Source: Thalia democratica
Lineage: Eukaryota
NCBI GenBank assembly: GCA_965202585.1
Contig: OZ241830.1
Coordinates: 8,432,001 to 8,496,000 of the forward strand
Reading direction: 5' to 3'
Length of the DNA stretch: 64,000 nucleotides
In this document: in pieces, positions 36,001 to 47,295 of the stretch
Layout: the number at the start of each line of letters is the position of its first letter
Numbering within the stretch: the stretch's first letter is position 1
Position numbers and translations under genes: made by a program
Notes under the pieces: model-generated
Seen by the model: only the letters and a program-made list of their open reading frames with translations
What the model was told of the DNA's origin: nothing
Database searches by the model: none

Positions 36001-37064
36001 TGACCTACATCTAATCTATTATAAATAGAATTTAATTCCTTTTTTAAGATGGCCTTCTTTTCTAAAATTTTAGCTTGGGCTACTAGCTTTGTGAGTTTCT
36101 CTATCTCCAAGTCTTCCACTTCTAGTGCACTTTCATAATCTAAAGCCTGCTGCTGCCTATTGGTGCTTACCTTACTTTCATTTTCAATTCTGTAGGGCCA
36201 ATTTTTATTACAAGTGGTTTGTATCTTATTTTCCTCAAACTCTGACTTATTTAACTGTTGGTTAAAGGATTGGTAGTTCTCACTACTTAAGAGGACGCCA
36301 TTGTGGGCTACCGATGTTGGTGGCCCAACATCTAAAGCCTCAGTTGGGTCAGGGTGACTTACTGTGGGCAGATAGTCAACCTGACCTTTTTGTTCAGACT
36401 TTTCCTGCAAGCGGGGTGACCTTCTAACAGGCTTATTTTCAGGACCCGCTGCAGGCAACTTATCATTAATATTCTCTAAGTGGGACATAGTACTATAACT
36501 TATTTATAAGTGCTAATTTGTAATTATCAGTGGAAAATATATATAAAACACTTAAAGCTACTCTAGACTATTTTATATAAATCAGACAGACAGTTTTAAG
36601 TGATGACTCTTTATATAAAACAAAACAAGAAATAATAGCATATACAAAACTATAAATTAGTATGACAAACTTTTTAGAAACTACAATCTATTTAAATTTC
36701 TTTAAAAGACTTTAAACAATAAACTAAAAATTAAATAAAACTTTTAGTAAAGAAGAAACTGTAAAAGAATAAATTTTTAACTATAAACCTGGCTTAAATA
36801 TTAAAACAATTAAATACCAGTTAAAATATTCACTTTTAACACAAAACAATTCTTACAATACACAATCACAAAACAAGTTCAATATGTTGTTGCTTCCAGC
36901 TGCACACCACTCACCAACTGCTTACAAATCCACTGACTGTCATTTTCTGATATTTAGTTGCATCAGAATTAGTTTGAAACACGTCAGATGATTCTCATTG
37001 GCTAGTGCAATGAAGCGTGTCAAACTCAAAATAATGACAATGCAAGGAAATTTGCACTGTCATT
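33040..37064 (-). mobile_element. Complete inverted element, variant B (~4.0 kb): LTR-PBS-ORF-PPT-LTR
   Basis: LTRs at 36302-37064 (first 3 nt missing) and 33040-33806. PBS TGGCGTCCTC at 36300-36291. Polypurine tract AAAAGAGAAGGGAAGAAGAGGAAG at 33830-33807, directly before TGTAATGAC. Confidence 0.92.
34404..36488 (-). CDS. 694-aa Gag-like protein fused to a Y-box-type cold-shock domain
   Basis: Intronless ORF. CSD with RNP1 KGYGFI, RNP2 DVFVHH, the Y-box-specific KNNP insert and the C-terminal extension VTGPNNKPVKGSKYAQDR (YB-1: VTGPGGVPVQGSKYAADR). Upstream helical region FFEDRCSTYGITDDTKKFEIL...TYYNLFKFL resembles Gypsy Gag capsid N-terminal domains (inferred). N- and C-terminal coiled-coil-like segments. 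Confidence 0.88.
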   Translation of the reverse strand: MSHLENINDKLPAAGPENKPVRRSPRLQEKSEQKGQVDYLPTVSHPDPTEALDVGPPTSVAHNGVLLSSENYQSFNQQLNKSEFEENKIQTTCNKNWPYRIENESKVSTNRQQQALDYESALEVEDLEIEKLTKLVAQAKILEKKAILKKELNSIYNRLDVGQNKFQSKISYSDSSPVYTSSNTVGATHNISLKQRTLENCKLFPQIKAIRDPVIELRFFEDRCSTYGITDDTKKFEILQRIWPRADIIDFVEAYDEDRTYYNLFKFLEGKGSKLPRILGVSPSWSGPVKFQNLFLSAKQWARAAEEDRIKYFMYVHAPDNLKKKIKECFGLGYNEFLRRAESICNIEEQKVCEQVKNISYEPHKPYYGRYRSKSHNNVGWQQNQNFFYNNHSSNHPNQEYYRLGDNQCTNNDRNHYDNKQNEGYQNQNTSPHEGNNRTVKHCKFAMTKINSVHSTRKAQKFKPKAPRKITAYGVTGRVVWFNVKKGYGFIHCDNKNSDVFVHHTEISKNNPNKFIRSLAQGEAVQFNVVMSKRNLPQAVNVTGPNNKPVKGSKYAQDRWPSYNQRFNRQQRPQLKCYFVSGCKVRDKQQREEQNSCKVKHNHQLTHKVEVTDDRQFSKESTHTNSQNDLLKVNSTGYQPNSNKNEQVKPQSEILKLISEKDELIKEGLKIEEHVENIKLRIDKLRNKVLERLT

Positions 37065-38967
37065 CCACAATGGCGTCCTCTTAAGTAGTGAGAACTACCA
37101 ATCTTTAAACCAACAGTTAAATAAGTCAGAGTTTGAGGAAAATAAGATACAAACCACTTGTAATAAAATTGGGCCCTACAGAATTGAAAATGAAAGTAAG
37201 GTAAGCACCAATAGGCAGCAGCAGGCTTTAGATTATGAAAGTGCACTAGAAGTGGAAGACTTGGAGATAGAGAAACTCACAAAGCTAGTAGCCCAAGCTA
37301 AAATTTTAGAAAAGAAGGCCATCTTAAAAAAGGAATTAAACTCTATTTATAATAGATTAGATGAAGGTCAAAACAAATTCCAAAGTAAGATAAGTTATAG
37401 TGATAGCAGTCCTGTATATACTTCTTCCAACACTGTAGGGGCTACACATAACATCAGTCTGAAACAAAGGACTTTAGAGAACTGCAAACTTTTTCCCCAG
37501 ATTGAAGCCATAAGGGACCCTGTTATTGAGTTAAGATTTTTTGAGGATAGGTGTAGTACTTATGGCATCACTGATGATACAGAAAAGTTTGAAATTCTTC
37601 AAAGAATCTGGCCGCGTGCTGACATAATAGACTTTGTTGAAGCTTATGATGAGGACCGAACATACTACAATTTGTTTAAATTTTTAGAAGGCAAAGGCAG
37701 TAAGTTGCCTCGAATCTTAGGTGTGAGCCCATCATGGTCGGGACCAGTAAAATTTCAAAACTTGTTTCTGTCAGCCAAACAATGGGCAAGAGCAGCTGAG
37801 GAAGACAGAATTAAATATTTTATGTATGTACATGCCCCAGATAATCTGAAAAAGAAAATTAAAGAATGCTTTGGGCTTGGTTATAATGAGTTCTTAAGAC
37901 GGGCTGAATCAATATGCAACATTGAAGAACAGAGAGTTGTAGAGCAAGCCAAACATGTTTCGTATGAACCTCACAAACCATACTATGGTAGGAACAGAAG
38001 CAAAAGACACAATAATGTAGGTTGGCAGGAAAACCAAAATCTGTTTCATAATAACCACAGTAGTAACCAGCCTAATCAAGAGTACTATAGGCTGGGAGAC
38101 AACCAATGTACAAATAATGACAGAAACCACTATGACAACAAACAAAATGAAGGCTATCAAAACCAAAATACTTCACCACATGAAGGTAATAACAGAACAG
38201 TAAAACACTGTAAATTTGCAATGACTAAGATTAATTCAGTACATTCAACCAGAAAGGCACAAAAATTTAAACCTAAAGCTCCCAGAAAAATTACAGCATA
38301 TGGAGTAACAGGCCGAGTTGTGTGGTTTAATGTTAAAAAGGGCTATGGATTCATTCATTGTGATAATAAGGACAGTGATGTTTTTGTTCATCACACTGAA
38401 ATTAGTAAAAACAACCCGAACAAGTTTATAAGGTCACTTGCACAAGGTGAGGCTGTTCAATTAAATGTTGTAATGAGTAAAAGAAATTTACCACAGGCTG
38501 TGAATGTAACAGGTCCTAACAACAAACCAGTTAAAGGTTCCAAATATGCCCAAGACAGGTGGCCAAGCTATAACCAGAGGTTTAACAGGCAACAGAGGCC
38601 TCAACTAAAATGTTATTTTGTCAGTGATTGTAAAGTAAGAGACAAACAGCAGAGAGAAGAGCAAAACAGTTGTAAGGTAAAACACAACCACCAATTAACC
38701 CATAAGGTTGAAGTAACTGATGATAGACAATTTTCAAAAGAAAGCACCCATACTAATTCTCAAAATGATTTATTAAAAGTTAACTCTACAGGCTATCAAC
38801 CTAATAGCAATAAAAATGAACAGGTTAAACATCAGAGTGAGATTCTGAAATTAATTTCAGAAAAAGATGAGTTGATTAAAGAAGGTCTAAAAATTGAAGA
38901 ACATGTTGAAAATATTAAACTTAAAATTGACAAATTAAGAAATAAAGTTTTAGAAAGGCTGACTTAA
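37065..38967 (+). CDS. 5'-truncated Gag-CSD copy (lacks the native ATG; open frame to TAA 38967)
   Basis: Starts at CCACA + PBS. The 571-aa ORF in the track uses a GTG. The CSD is intact apart from a few substitutions (N>D, F>L). Confidence 0.8.
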
Positions 38968-39571
38968 AATTCTTTGTATTCTAGGGTTAAGTTAGGCATG
39001 ACAGTTGAGTGATGATTCTGTATGACTAAACATATGTTTTTTTTTTTTTTTTTTTTTTTGTGAAAAAATTTTGATTCTAATACCAATTGATACTATATTG
39101 CCAAATATTTTTTTTTTGAGTTTAATATTTTGATTAAGAGTTGTTTATCTATTTATAGTAAAAATAATATTTGGAATTGTAACCGTAAATTTATTGATAT
39201 TTCATTTTATTTATTGTGCAAATACTATTATGTTGATACCATTTTTTTTTTTTTACCATGTTGTCTAAGATTTTTTTTACTGAGTTAGTTATTCTGATAA
39301 AAATTATGTTATTATATAAATTTTTTTTATTATGTGAAAACCAAATACTTAATTTTTCTCTCTCCTAGTTAATATTCTACTTAAGTTTGATTTTTAAATC
39401 AGTTCATGACTATTTTGAATTTATTTGATCTTTACACTGTTCCTTTTATTTTGTTTTTTTGCTGTTTACCAATTAGATTTAGGTGAACATCACCTTAGAA
39501 TTCTTCTAGCAGGAGGCAAGCAGAGGATAGAGTGATAATCCTCTTCAAAAAAAAAGGACTACAGAAGATAG

Positions 39572-40343
39572 TGTAATGAATACGTGCATTATTCATTATT
39601 CAAAGTTGAGCTCAGAGAATATTTTGAGTTTGACACGCTTCATTGCACTAGCCAATGAGAATCATCTGACGTGTTTCAAACTAATTCTGATGCAACTAAA
39701 TATCAGAAAAGGACAGTCAGTGTATTTGTAAGCAGTTGGTGAGTTGGTGTGCAGCTGGAACTACCTTGTATTGAATTGTGATTGTGTATTGTAAGTATTG
39801 TTTTGTGTTAAAAGTGAACATTTTAACTGGTATTTAATTGTTTTAATATTTAAGCCAGGTTTATAGTTAATAGTTTATTCTTTTACAGTTTCTTCTTTAC
39901 TAAAAGTTTTATTAAATTTTTAGTTTATTGTTTAAAGTCTTTTAAAGAGATTTAAATAGATTGTAGTTTCTAAAAAGTTTGTCATAGTAATTTATAGTTT
40001 TGTATATGCTTTTATTTCTTGTTTTGTTTTATATAAAGAGTCATCACTTAAAACTGTCTGTCTGATTTATATATAATAGTCTAGAGTAGCTTTAAGTGTT
40101 TTATATATTTTCCACTGATAATTACAAATTAGCACTTATAAATAAGTTATAGTACTATGTCCCACTTAGAGAATATTAATGATAAGTTGCCTGCAGCGGG
40201 TCCTGAAAATAAGCCTGTTAGAAGGTCACCCCGCTTGCAGGAAAAGTCTGAACAAAAAGGTCAGGTTGACTATCTGCCCACAGTAAGTCACCCTGACCAA
40301 ACTGAGGCTTTAGATGTTGGGTCACCAACATCGGTAGCCCACA
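39572..40343 (+). repeat. 3' LTR, variant A (772 bp), preceded by an imperfect purine tract (39547-39571)
   Basis: Direct repeat of 31030-31801; followed by the ACTG TSD and unrelated flank. Confidence 0.92.
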
Positions 40344-41649
40344 ACTGCTTATTATTGGTTCGGTTTTTTGAAGCTAAAAAATAAATAAAAGAAATTTTTG
40401 GATATATTTAGTCCTTACTAATAATTTAATTAGATGTAAATTTGATGAAAATTAAAAATGCAGAAAACAGATAACTAAAGGTTATCGATTAAAAAAAAAG
40501 CTCCAAGTCGCAAGCGGATCCATAGTTTCTTAGCTTAAATTTACTAAAAAGACAGTTTAATGTTAAACTTTAAATTAAATTCAAAACTTTTTTAAACATT
40601 TTTATGAAGAATAAAATTAATGAAGCTAAAAAGTCGTAAAACTAAATTATTGATGCAAAGTATATCTTTTTAGCTCTACAAAAATAGTAACTAATAAATA
40701 AGTTTATTTTCAAATAAGTATAAAAAGTAAATCGTGACTAATAAATATTTTGTAACTTTAAGATTTTAGGTTATTAAACTTGTGAAATTTCAATTACATT
40801 TATAAGGTATTTAAACGAGCACTTATTTGTATGTATTCTATGACCATTAGTTGATTGGTCAAACTAAAACCTAATTTTTTAGCTTTTAGCAATAAAAAAA
40901 TAATTGAGTAAAGATTTTTAGCTTATAAAATAAACGGTTTGTAATAAGTTATGAATTTATTCTCGAGATCTGTTCTTAGATGTAAGTTGATAGTTAAACA
41001 CATCTTGTCGTTAAAGTTACATTTAAATTAGTTCCATACTTTAATAAAATATATTACAGACGAAACTTCCTAGAAAACTATTCTATTATATAGTATTATT
41101 GAATACTTACAATTAAACCCTTATATACTGTAATAAACCTTTTAATAATTACTTAAAAACAGTTAAACTTTTAGACCTAGGTTAATTGTATTGAAACGTG
41201 TGCTCAAAATTATTTTCGAAGTATTAAAAATATGTTTTCTAAAAATTTTACGGAAGTTTAATATGTATCTAAAAGAACTTATATCAAAATTTAGTTTTAA
41301 TGTTTTGATCGACCTTATAAACCATTACTTTGACAGTTAAAGTTCGTTTTATCTGTATTTCGAAAATTTTAACAAAACCGCTGTGCAAATGATTTAAAGC
41401 TAACTGGTATGTTTTAGTTGGCTGCACAAAATGAAGAAAAAAATTTAATAAAGTTTGTTCATATACCCATGTGTTTAGGTTTGTAAATTTAATATTTTTT
41501 TTAATATTTAGCATATCTAAAACTAATAATTTTAAAAAGTGACTTTAAACTAAAATTTAAAATTCAAAAGTTAAAGATTTTTTATAAGGTTATTTTTACT
41601 ACTATAAGGTATAATTCAAAATGTCTTTCTTATCTTGTATCTGTTGTGA

Positions 41650-44600
41650 TATTTATGATAATATCAATAAACGCAACGTAATAAACCAATTATTCTTTTG
41701 TCATAACTTAATCAATTTAATTGTTATTTGTTTTTCTTCCTTTCGATTAAAAGCTGAACTGCTTATCTAAATTTACCGACAGAGACAAGCGGTATTTTAA
41801 GGATTTTTGGCACATTATCATAGATAAAATTTCTTAAAACCACAAACACTCAGATAACTTAAAAAAGACACTTTATTTCTGCAACTGTAACACTGAATCA
41901 TATATCGGCAGTATAGAGGCTATGAATTTACTTAAAAACCTTACTACATGGCCCTTGCTTAATTTAAGTTTTATTTTTACCTTGATTGTTTATAGCAATA
42001 CAAAAGTGTTAAACACCAATGAGTAATGAAAAGTAAATTTACTATGAATCGGTGAATATTAACTATTTTTCAAACATATATAAGTATTTGCCAACGATTA
42101 CCAGTCAAAAATTTGAAATTGTGTACATTTTATTGAACATTTTAGTAAATTTTATAGCTACCAAAAAAACTTTCAGAATATTTGTAAACATAAAATATAC
42201 ACTAACTACTATTCATATATGTACTAATACTTATAAAGGCTTTTTAAAGCTTGATGCTTTATTTGTATCTTTTCAAAACACTTTATTTGAATAAAGGTGC
42301 TACATCTATGTAATACAAACACTTATTTAAAAAAAATAATCACTATTTTTTTAATCAATTTATTTGATCTGGGTCCGGCCGTACCGTAATTGAAATCCGG
42401 ATCTATTTTAAAACAATATCAAGCTAGAGCCGGTAGATCAATAGGTATAAGTCATAAAGTGGAAAGATATGAGTTTAGTTTATGGTAGGCAACGTACGGT
42501 ACAAACCAACTGACATTTATGGTGTGCAATTTTAGGGTTGTGTGAATTTTATGCCAATCAAACACTATAGATCATTTTAGTAATAAATGTTTTTAAAGTG
42601 CCTTTAAAACACAGTGATGCTTGTTAAAAATTTCTCCCATGTAGTGTTAATGAGTTATTTTAAGAGTTTAAAGAATATTATAATTAATTTTCTCCGCCGA
42701 CCAAGATGTGTTTCTAACAATCTGTTCGAGTCTTAAAAAGTTTTTTGTTGTCCTGTTTAAAAAAGTTGTCCATTCCAAAGTTATTTGATATGTGATGCAA
42801 GTATATACTATTTTTTATATAAGTTTAAAGTTTTTGTTATTCTAAAACACCCACGCAAAGTTTATATTACAAGTATAAAAAAATAAACGTCATGAAAGAC
42901 TTAATTAAAATATCAACAGTAATTAAGAGTATTATCTTTTTCTTAATTTCTTATAAACAGTAACTGTAGAACAGGAATTCCCAAAGGGGGCCACATGGTC
43001 TTCTTTGGAACAAGTTCAGGAAATTTGGGGGCAATAAGATAAAAAAGTTCCAAAGGGTGGCGTAAGTAGTAAGCGGGTCATTGGGCCATTTAACATATAA
43101 AGTAAAGCTTACACAAGATATTTTGGAGTTTATGATGAAAATATAAAAAAATATCTTAATGCGGTTTACAGTTTTTTTCAAAATAATAATGTTAAATTAA
43201 CGAAGGTTCTTAAAATATTAGAAGGCCATAGGCTTGCATACGGTTGTAATTTTAACTTAGACTACTAAATTTTTAGCCGTTAATGATAATTGGTGTAGTT
43301 AATATAAGTTGTTTCAGAACTAAGGGTTTACAACTTTATTAGACTCTTTTGAGACTCTTATAAGCTTTATAATACTCTTTTTTATAAAAAAAGAAAAGAA
43401 TAACCCTTGTGTACAAAAAGAAACAGTAAAATTGTACAAAATGATTACATAAATTAAATATATTCTGTGTACAACTTGTTATTAATAAATCTATCACTGT
43501 AAAAATAAAAACTGTAACCAGAGCTTAAATAATTTTTACAACCAAAATAAAAAATTTTGAATTTATTTAATACGAGTAGAAGAACGTAAGATAACTTTTT
43601 TTTTGCGCTCTGACCTAATAAAAAATAAATTAGCTGGATTACTCATCCAACTTAACACCAAGAGCGTGCATATCAGCAGTGACTCGCTCCAAATAAGTCG
43701 CATCCGGATACCCATATGGTCCACCGTAAAGAGAAGTCTTGTGATGGATATCATTCCAAGTTATCACGTTCCTCTCTCCACTGCTCAAACTAGTACCAAC
43801 TGTGAAAGTCAACTTCATCTTCCAGGCTTTTTTGAACAGCTCAAGAACCCTTCTACCTTCTTCGTTGTCAGGCAGGTATGCTGTTCTATGATCACCATAA
43901 TACCTAGCTCCCGGGTTTCCATGCTGGGGTCCTTGTACTCCACCAAGAAGGTCGTATTGAATCTGAATAATTCCACAGTCTTCGTAGCCTGCACAATGCA
44001 TGATTTTACAAGTTTTTACTTTCATGTAGCCATCTGGGCATGGACCAAGCTTCTCTACAATAACAGCACGACATACAGGACACTTGTGACTTTGCTTTAA
44101 AACGTCTATCAGACACTTTTCATGAAAGATATGCTCGCAAACACCTGTACCTTTTATCGTTCCGTTTTCTTTTAAAGGACATAAACAAACTGCACAGTTG
44201 TCATTAATATTTTCATCAATAAGTGCAACTTCGACACCATCAAAGTTTTGTCCGGCTGATTTTTTATTCTTTCTATCAAAGTTTGCGAACTTTCCTTCAT
44301 TTCTAAAATCACCTCCCGGCATCCCAAAGCCCATACTTGATACAATATGTTGCAAATGTGAATGAAAACTACTAGGAACGGAATTTAGTATTGATGTGTT
44401 ATTCACTAAATTCATGTATGAGTTGAGCACGTGATTTTTAAATGGTGTCGCTGATGCACTTGAAGGTTGAGGATTTCGCTGACTATTTTGTTGCTGACCT
44501 CCACTGGTTGATACTTTTTGACTGGAATTTTTCGGCTGCTGTGTTTTGCTACCTCTGATAAATTTTTAGTTACAAAGTTATTAGTTATCTTCGTATAAAA

Positions 44601-44650
44601 TAGCTTAAATCTAATACTTTGTAAGTGTTAAAATATTTAAGAATCTTAGC
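41650..44650 (-). repeat. Right arm of the ~3-kb inverted segmental duplication
   Basis: Reverse complement aligns to 17-3045, including the shared MITE remnant (42366-42445 vs 2258-2340). Confidence 0.92.
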
Positions 44651-47295
44651 TGCAGAAGTAAGAAGCTGTAAGCAAAGTTTTTTTTTTTTTAATTGACAGC
44701 TTTTTTGTCTTGATTCTAACTTTCGTTACTTAAAGACTCAACTTTTTACGGTTAACTTGATAGTGCGTTTAAAAACCGTTATTTTAGTACTTTTCTGTTG
44801 TTTTATAAAATAAAATTATATTTTTTTTAATATAAAATGAAAAAAAAAAATTTTTTTTTAAATATAATTTATTAGACGTTTATCAAAAACGATCGAAGCC
44901 TTTTTTAAACAGATGTTAACAAAGCAATAACAATCTTAATAGTATGTTCATGACGAACTATTCTGTCTTGAAAGTACAATTCGAAAACCCAATAATATTT
45001 ACCATTAAATGCAATTAACTATAAACAAAACGTTTTACTACTGGGTGTGCCTTTTTGGGTAAAAGTAAAAAAAGTAAAAGTATTTATTAAAAATAATTTA
45101 GAAAAAGTACGGTTTGAATTATTTTTTTCTCTTACATTTACTTGTATACAAACACAAAAAAATAAACCTTTGAATTAATACTAAAAAAAAAACACAGTTT
45201 ACATAATAAGACTTCAGCTTATTATGATTGTTTAAAAAACTTCAAACCTGTTTTTAGTCATCTTAAACTGTTTTATTAACTCTTTATAGTCTTTTAGCTC
45301 CTCAACTGGTACCCACGAGTTTTCATTTCTAAATATTTCGATAATTTTGTATTAAAATAATTTTTGACTCAAATTAGTGTTAACAAAACAGTTTCTTTCA
45401 GTTAATTAGTATAATAAGTATTGTCAAGAAGAAAAAAAAAACTTGCTTGAATACATTCGTTACATGACGAATCAAGTTTTATTAGTTTAAAAAAAGTCTA
45501 TTTTTTAAGACCTAAGTATAAATAAAATAACAAAAATTTAAAATAAATTGTTCCAGAAGGTCTATTTAATAGAAATCCAAAAGAAAAAATATCCACTTAT
45601 ATTATCAAATAAAGTTAAAAACTTGTTTTAGCTACGTCTCAAAAAATTAGTTAAGGGTATAGGGGCGGGGGGATCCACCTTGATTTTTACAAGTTGATCT
45701 TATTTTATAAAGTTTTATCTGAGCTATCAGTAGTTTTTAACTTCTTGAAAAAATGAAAAAAAAAAAATTAAGGTATAAGCAATCAAAGTCGGAGAACGCA
45801 ATATGTTCCTAATGGAAGGCGCAAACTAAAAACGCGAAAAAAAAACCATTTCACTAAATATCTATCTCTTCCTTCAATTTTTAAGCAATCTACTTCAATT
45901 TTTTTACAGAAAGTGTATTACTAAATTTTAAAAAGATTGAATGCAGGAGTTTTTAAACCTTTAAAAATATAATTTTTACTAAAAAAAACTACCTATATTT
46001 TTGTGTTTTTATCTAAAATCTTTTTTTTTTTTGATATTTTAAAAATTCAAACATTTAAAGTCTTTGAGACTATAAAAGGAATGTTTTCTGAAAGTTTGAG
46101 GTCTCTAGTTCAAAAAATGAAGGAGAAGTTAGGTTTTTAGTTATTTTTTTAAACTTCCGAGAAAATTGACTTCAGAAAATCTGCAGTCTGTACGTTTGTA
46201 TCGGAAAATGTTTATAAAAACTACAATTGCTTAAAAGATTTTTAGTCCTATAATTCTGGCTTGTAATTTGTACTTTAAGCTTTTAAATAAGATCAAATGT
46301 TATTTTTAGTAAAAAAAATGTCGGATCTCGCCTATGCCCTTGAATTTTTGAAAGATGAAAGATTCTACAATTGTTACGAACTTAACTTTTATAGTAACCT
46401 ATGTATACATATATAAATAAAAAGATATAATTAAGTAATTATCAAAAAAAATATATAAAATTATATGTAATAAAAACAATTTTACATTCAGGGTTACCTT
46501 TTTTTTAATAAACTGTTCTAGGTGAAATAATATTGTCCAGAGTCATCTTGAGTTTATTTGAATTTCAAAAATATTATTTTAAACTTTTTAAATTTGATAA
46601 AGTCAAGTTCTACGAAATAGTTATAAAAAACGTATTATTGGAACTATATTAACTAAATACCATTTAAAATTATGCAAAAGATATGTCAACAGATTTAAAA
46701 ACTTAAAACTATTCTGATGCATTTAATGAAACAAAATTATGGTGAGTCAGCCATACTTAAATAAAGTAAAATACCATAGATATCCTTAGCTACCCCAAAT
46801 CATCAAGAAGCTTTAAATAATATCAAAAAATCCTGAGTTTTCCTGAACTTTTTAAGTATCCTGAGTTTTTAGTAATACTACACATTATTAAGAATTATTA
46901 GAAACTTAAATGCCTTAACATGAACTGTTTAATATGAAAAGCGTACAACTAGTATATTCAAAGTACTAGTAAGTTTTTATAAATACAGTAGAAAAAATAA
47001 TAGTGGTTTTCTAACGGTTTTAAAACTACGCACAGAAAAATAAAATAAATAGTTTACAATAATTAGCAAAGTAACATCTTTTTTTTAATATGAATAATAT
47101 TAAATAGAGTTTACAACAACTTAAATTAATTAGTTTTAAAAAAACTAATTAATTAAAGTTTTCTCTATCTACAACAACTAACTCGGAACAACCCTTCCAC
47201 TTTACTAAATACTCAATAGTAGAACCATAAAAACCGCTGCCTGGCGTACTCTTAGTTGCCACTCGCCTGTTTTTGATTGATTCTGCTTCTTTCAT
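43639..47295 (-). CDS. DTX: Chromodomain-linker-RING-H2-DTC (Deltex) protein, 3 coding exons, 369 aa
   Basis: Exons 47295-47183 (MKEAESIKNRRV...IEYLVKWKGCS; donor GTTAGT), 45328-45248 (ENENSWVPVEELKDYKELIKQF; donor GTTTGA) and 44554-43639. Both junctions are phase 2 and reading frames match. An in-frame stop lies just upstream of the ATG. Confidence 0.8.
45655..46339. mobile_element. Non-autonomous DNA transposon, Kolobok/piggyBac-like, in intron 1 of the chromo-Deltex gene
   Basis: TTAA|GGGTATAGG...CCTATGCCC|TTGA ends; internal gaaagtttgaggtctctagttc segment. Confidence 0.45.

Larger units (their letters stand above)
31030..40343 (+). mobile_element. 9.3-kb composite LTR retroelement insertion (Gag-cold-shock-domain family, no pol)
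   Basis: Starts TGTAATGA (31030) and ends CCCACA (40343). 4-bp target-site duplication ACTG at 31026-31029 and 40344-40347. Outer LTRs are both 772 bp with no differences found by eye. Confidence 0.92.

Noticed and set aside
31030-40343. Interpretation as a Penelope-like or DIRS element because of the direct and inverted terminal repeats
   Set aside because: TG..CA LTRs, tRNA PBS, PPT and a 4-bp TSD indicate integrase-type LTR retrotransposition. No GIY-YIG, tyrosine-recombinase or hammerhead motifs were found.
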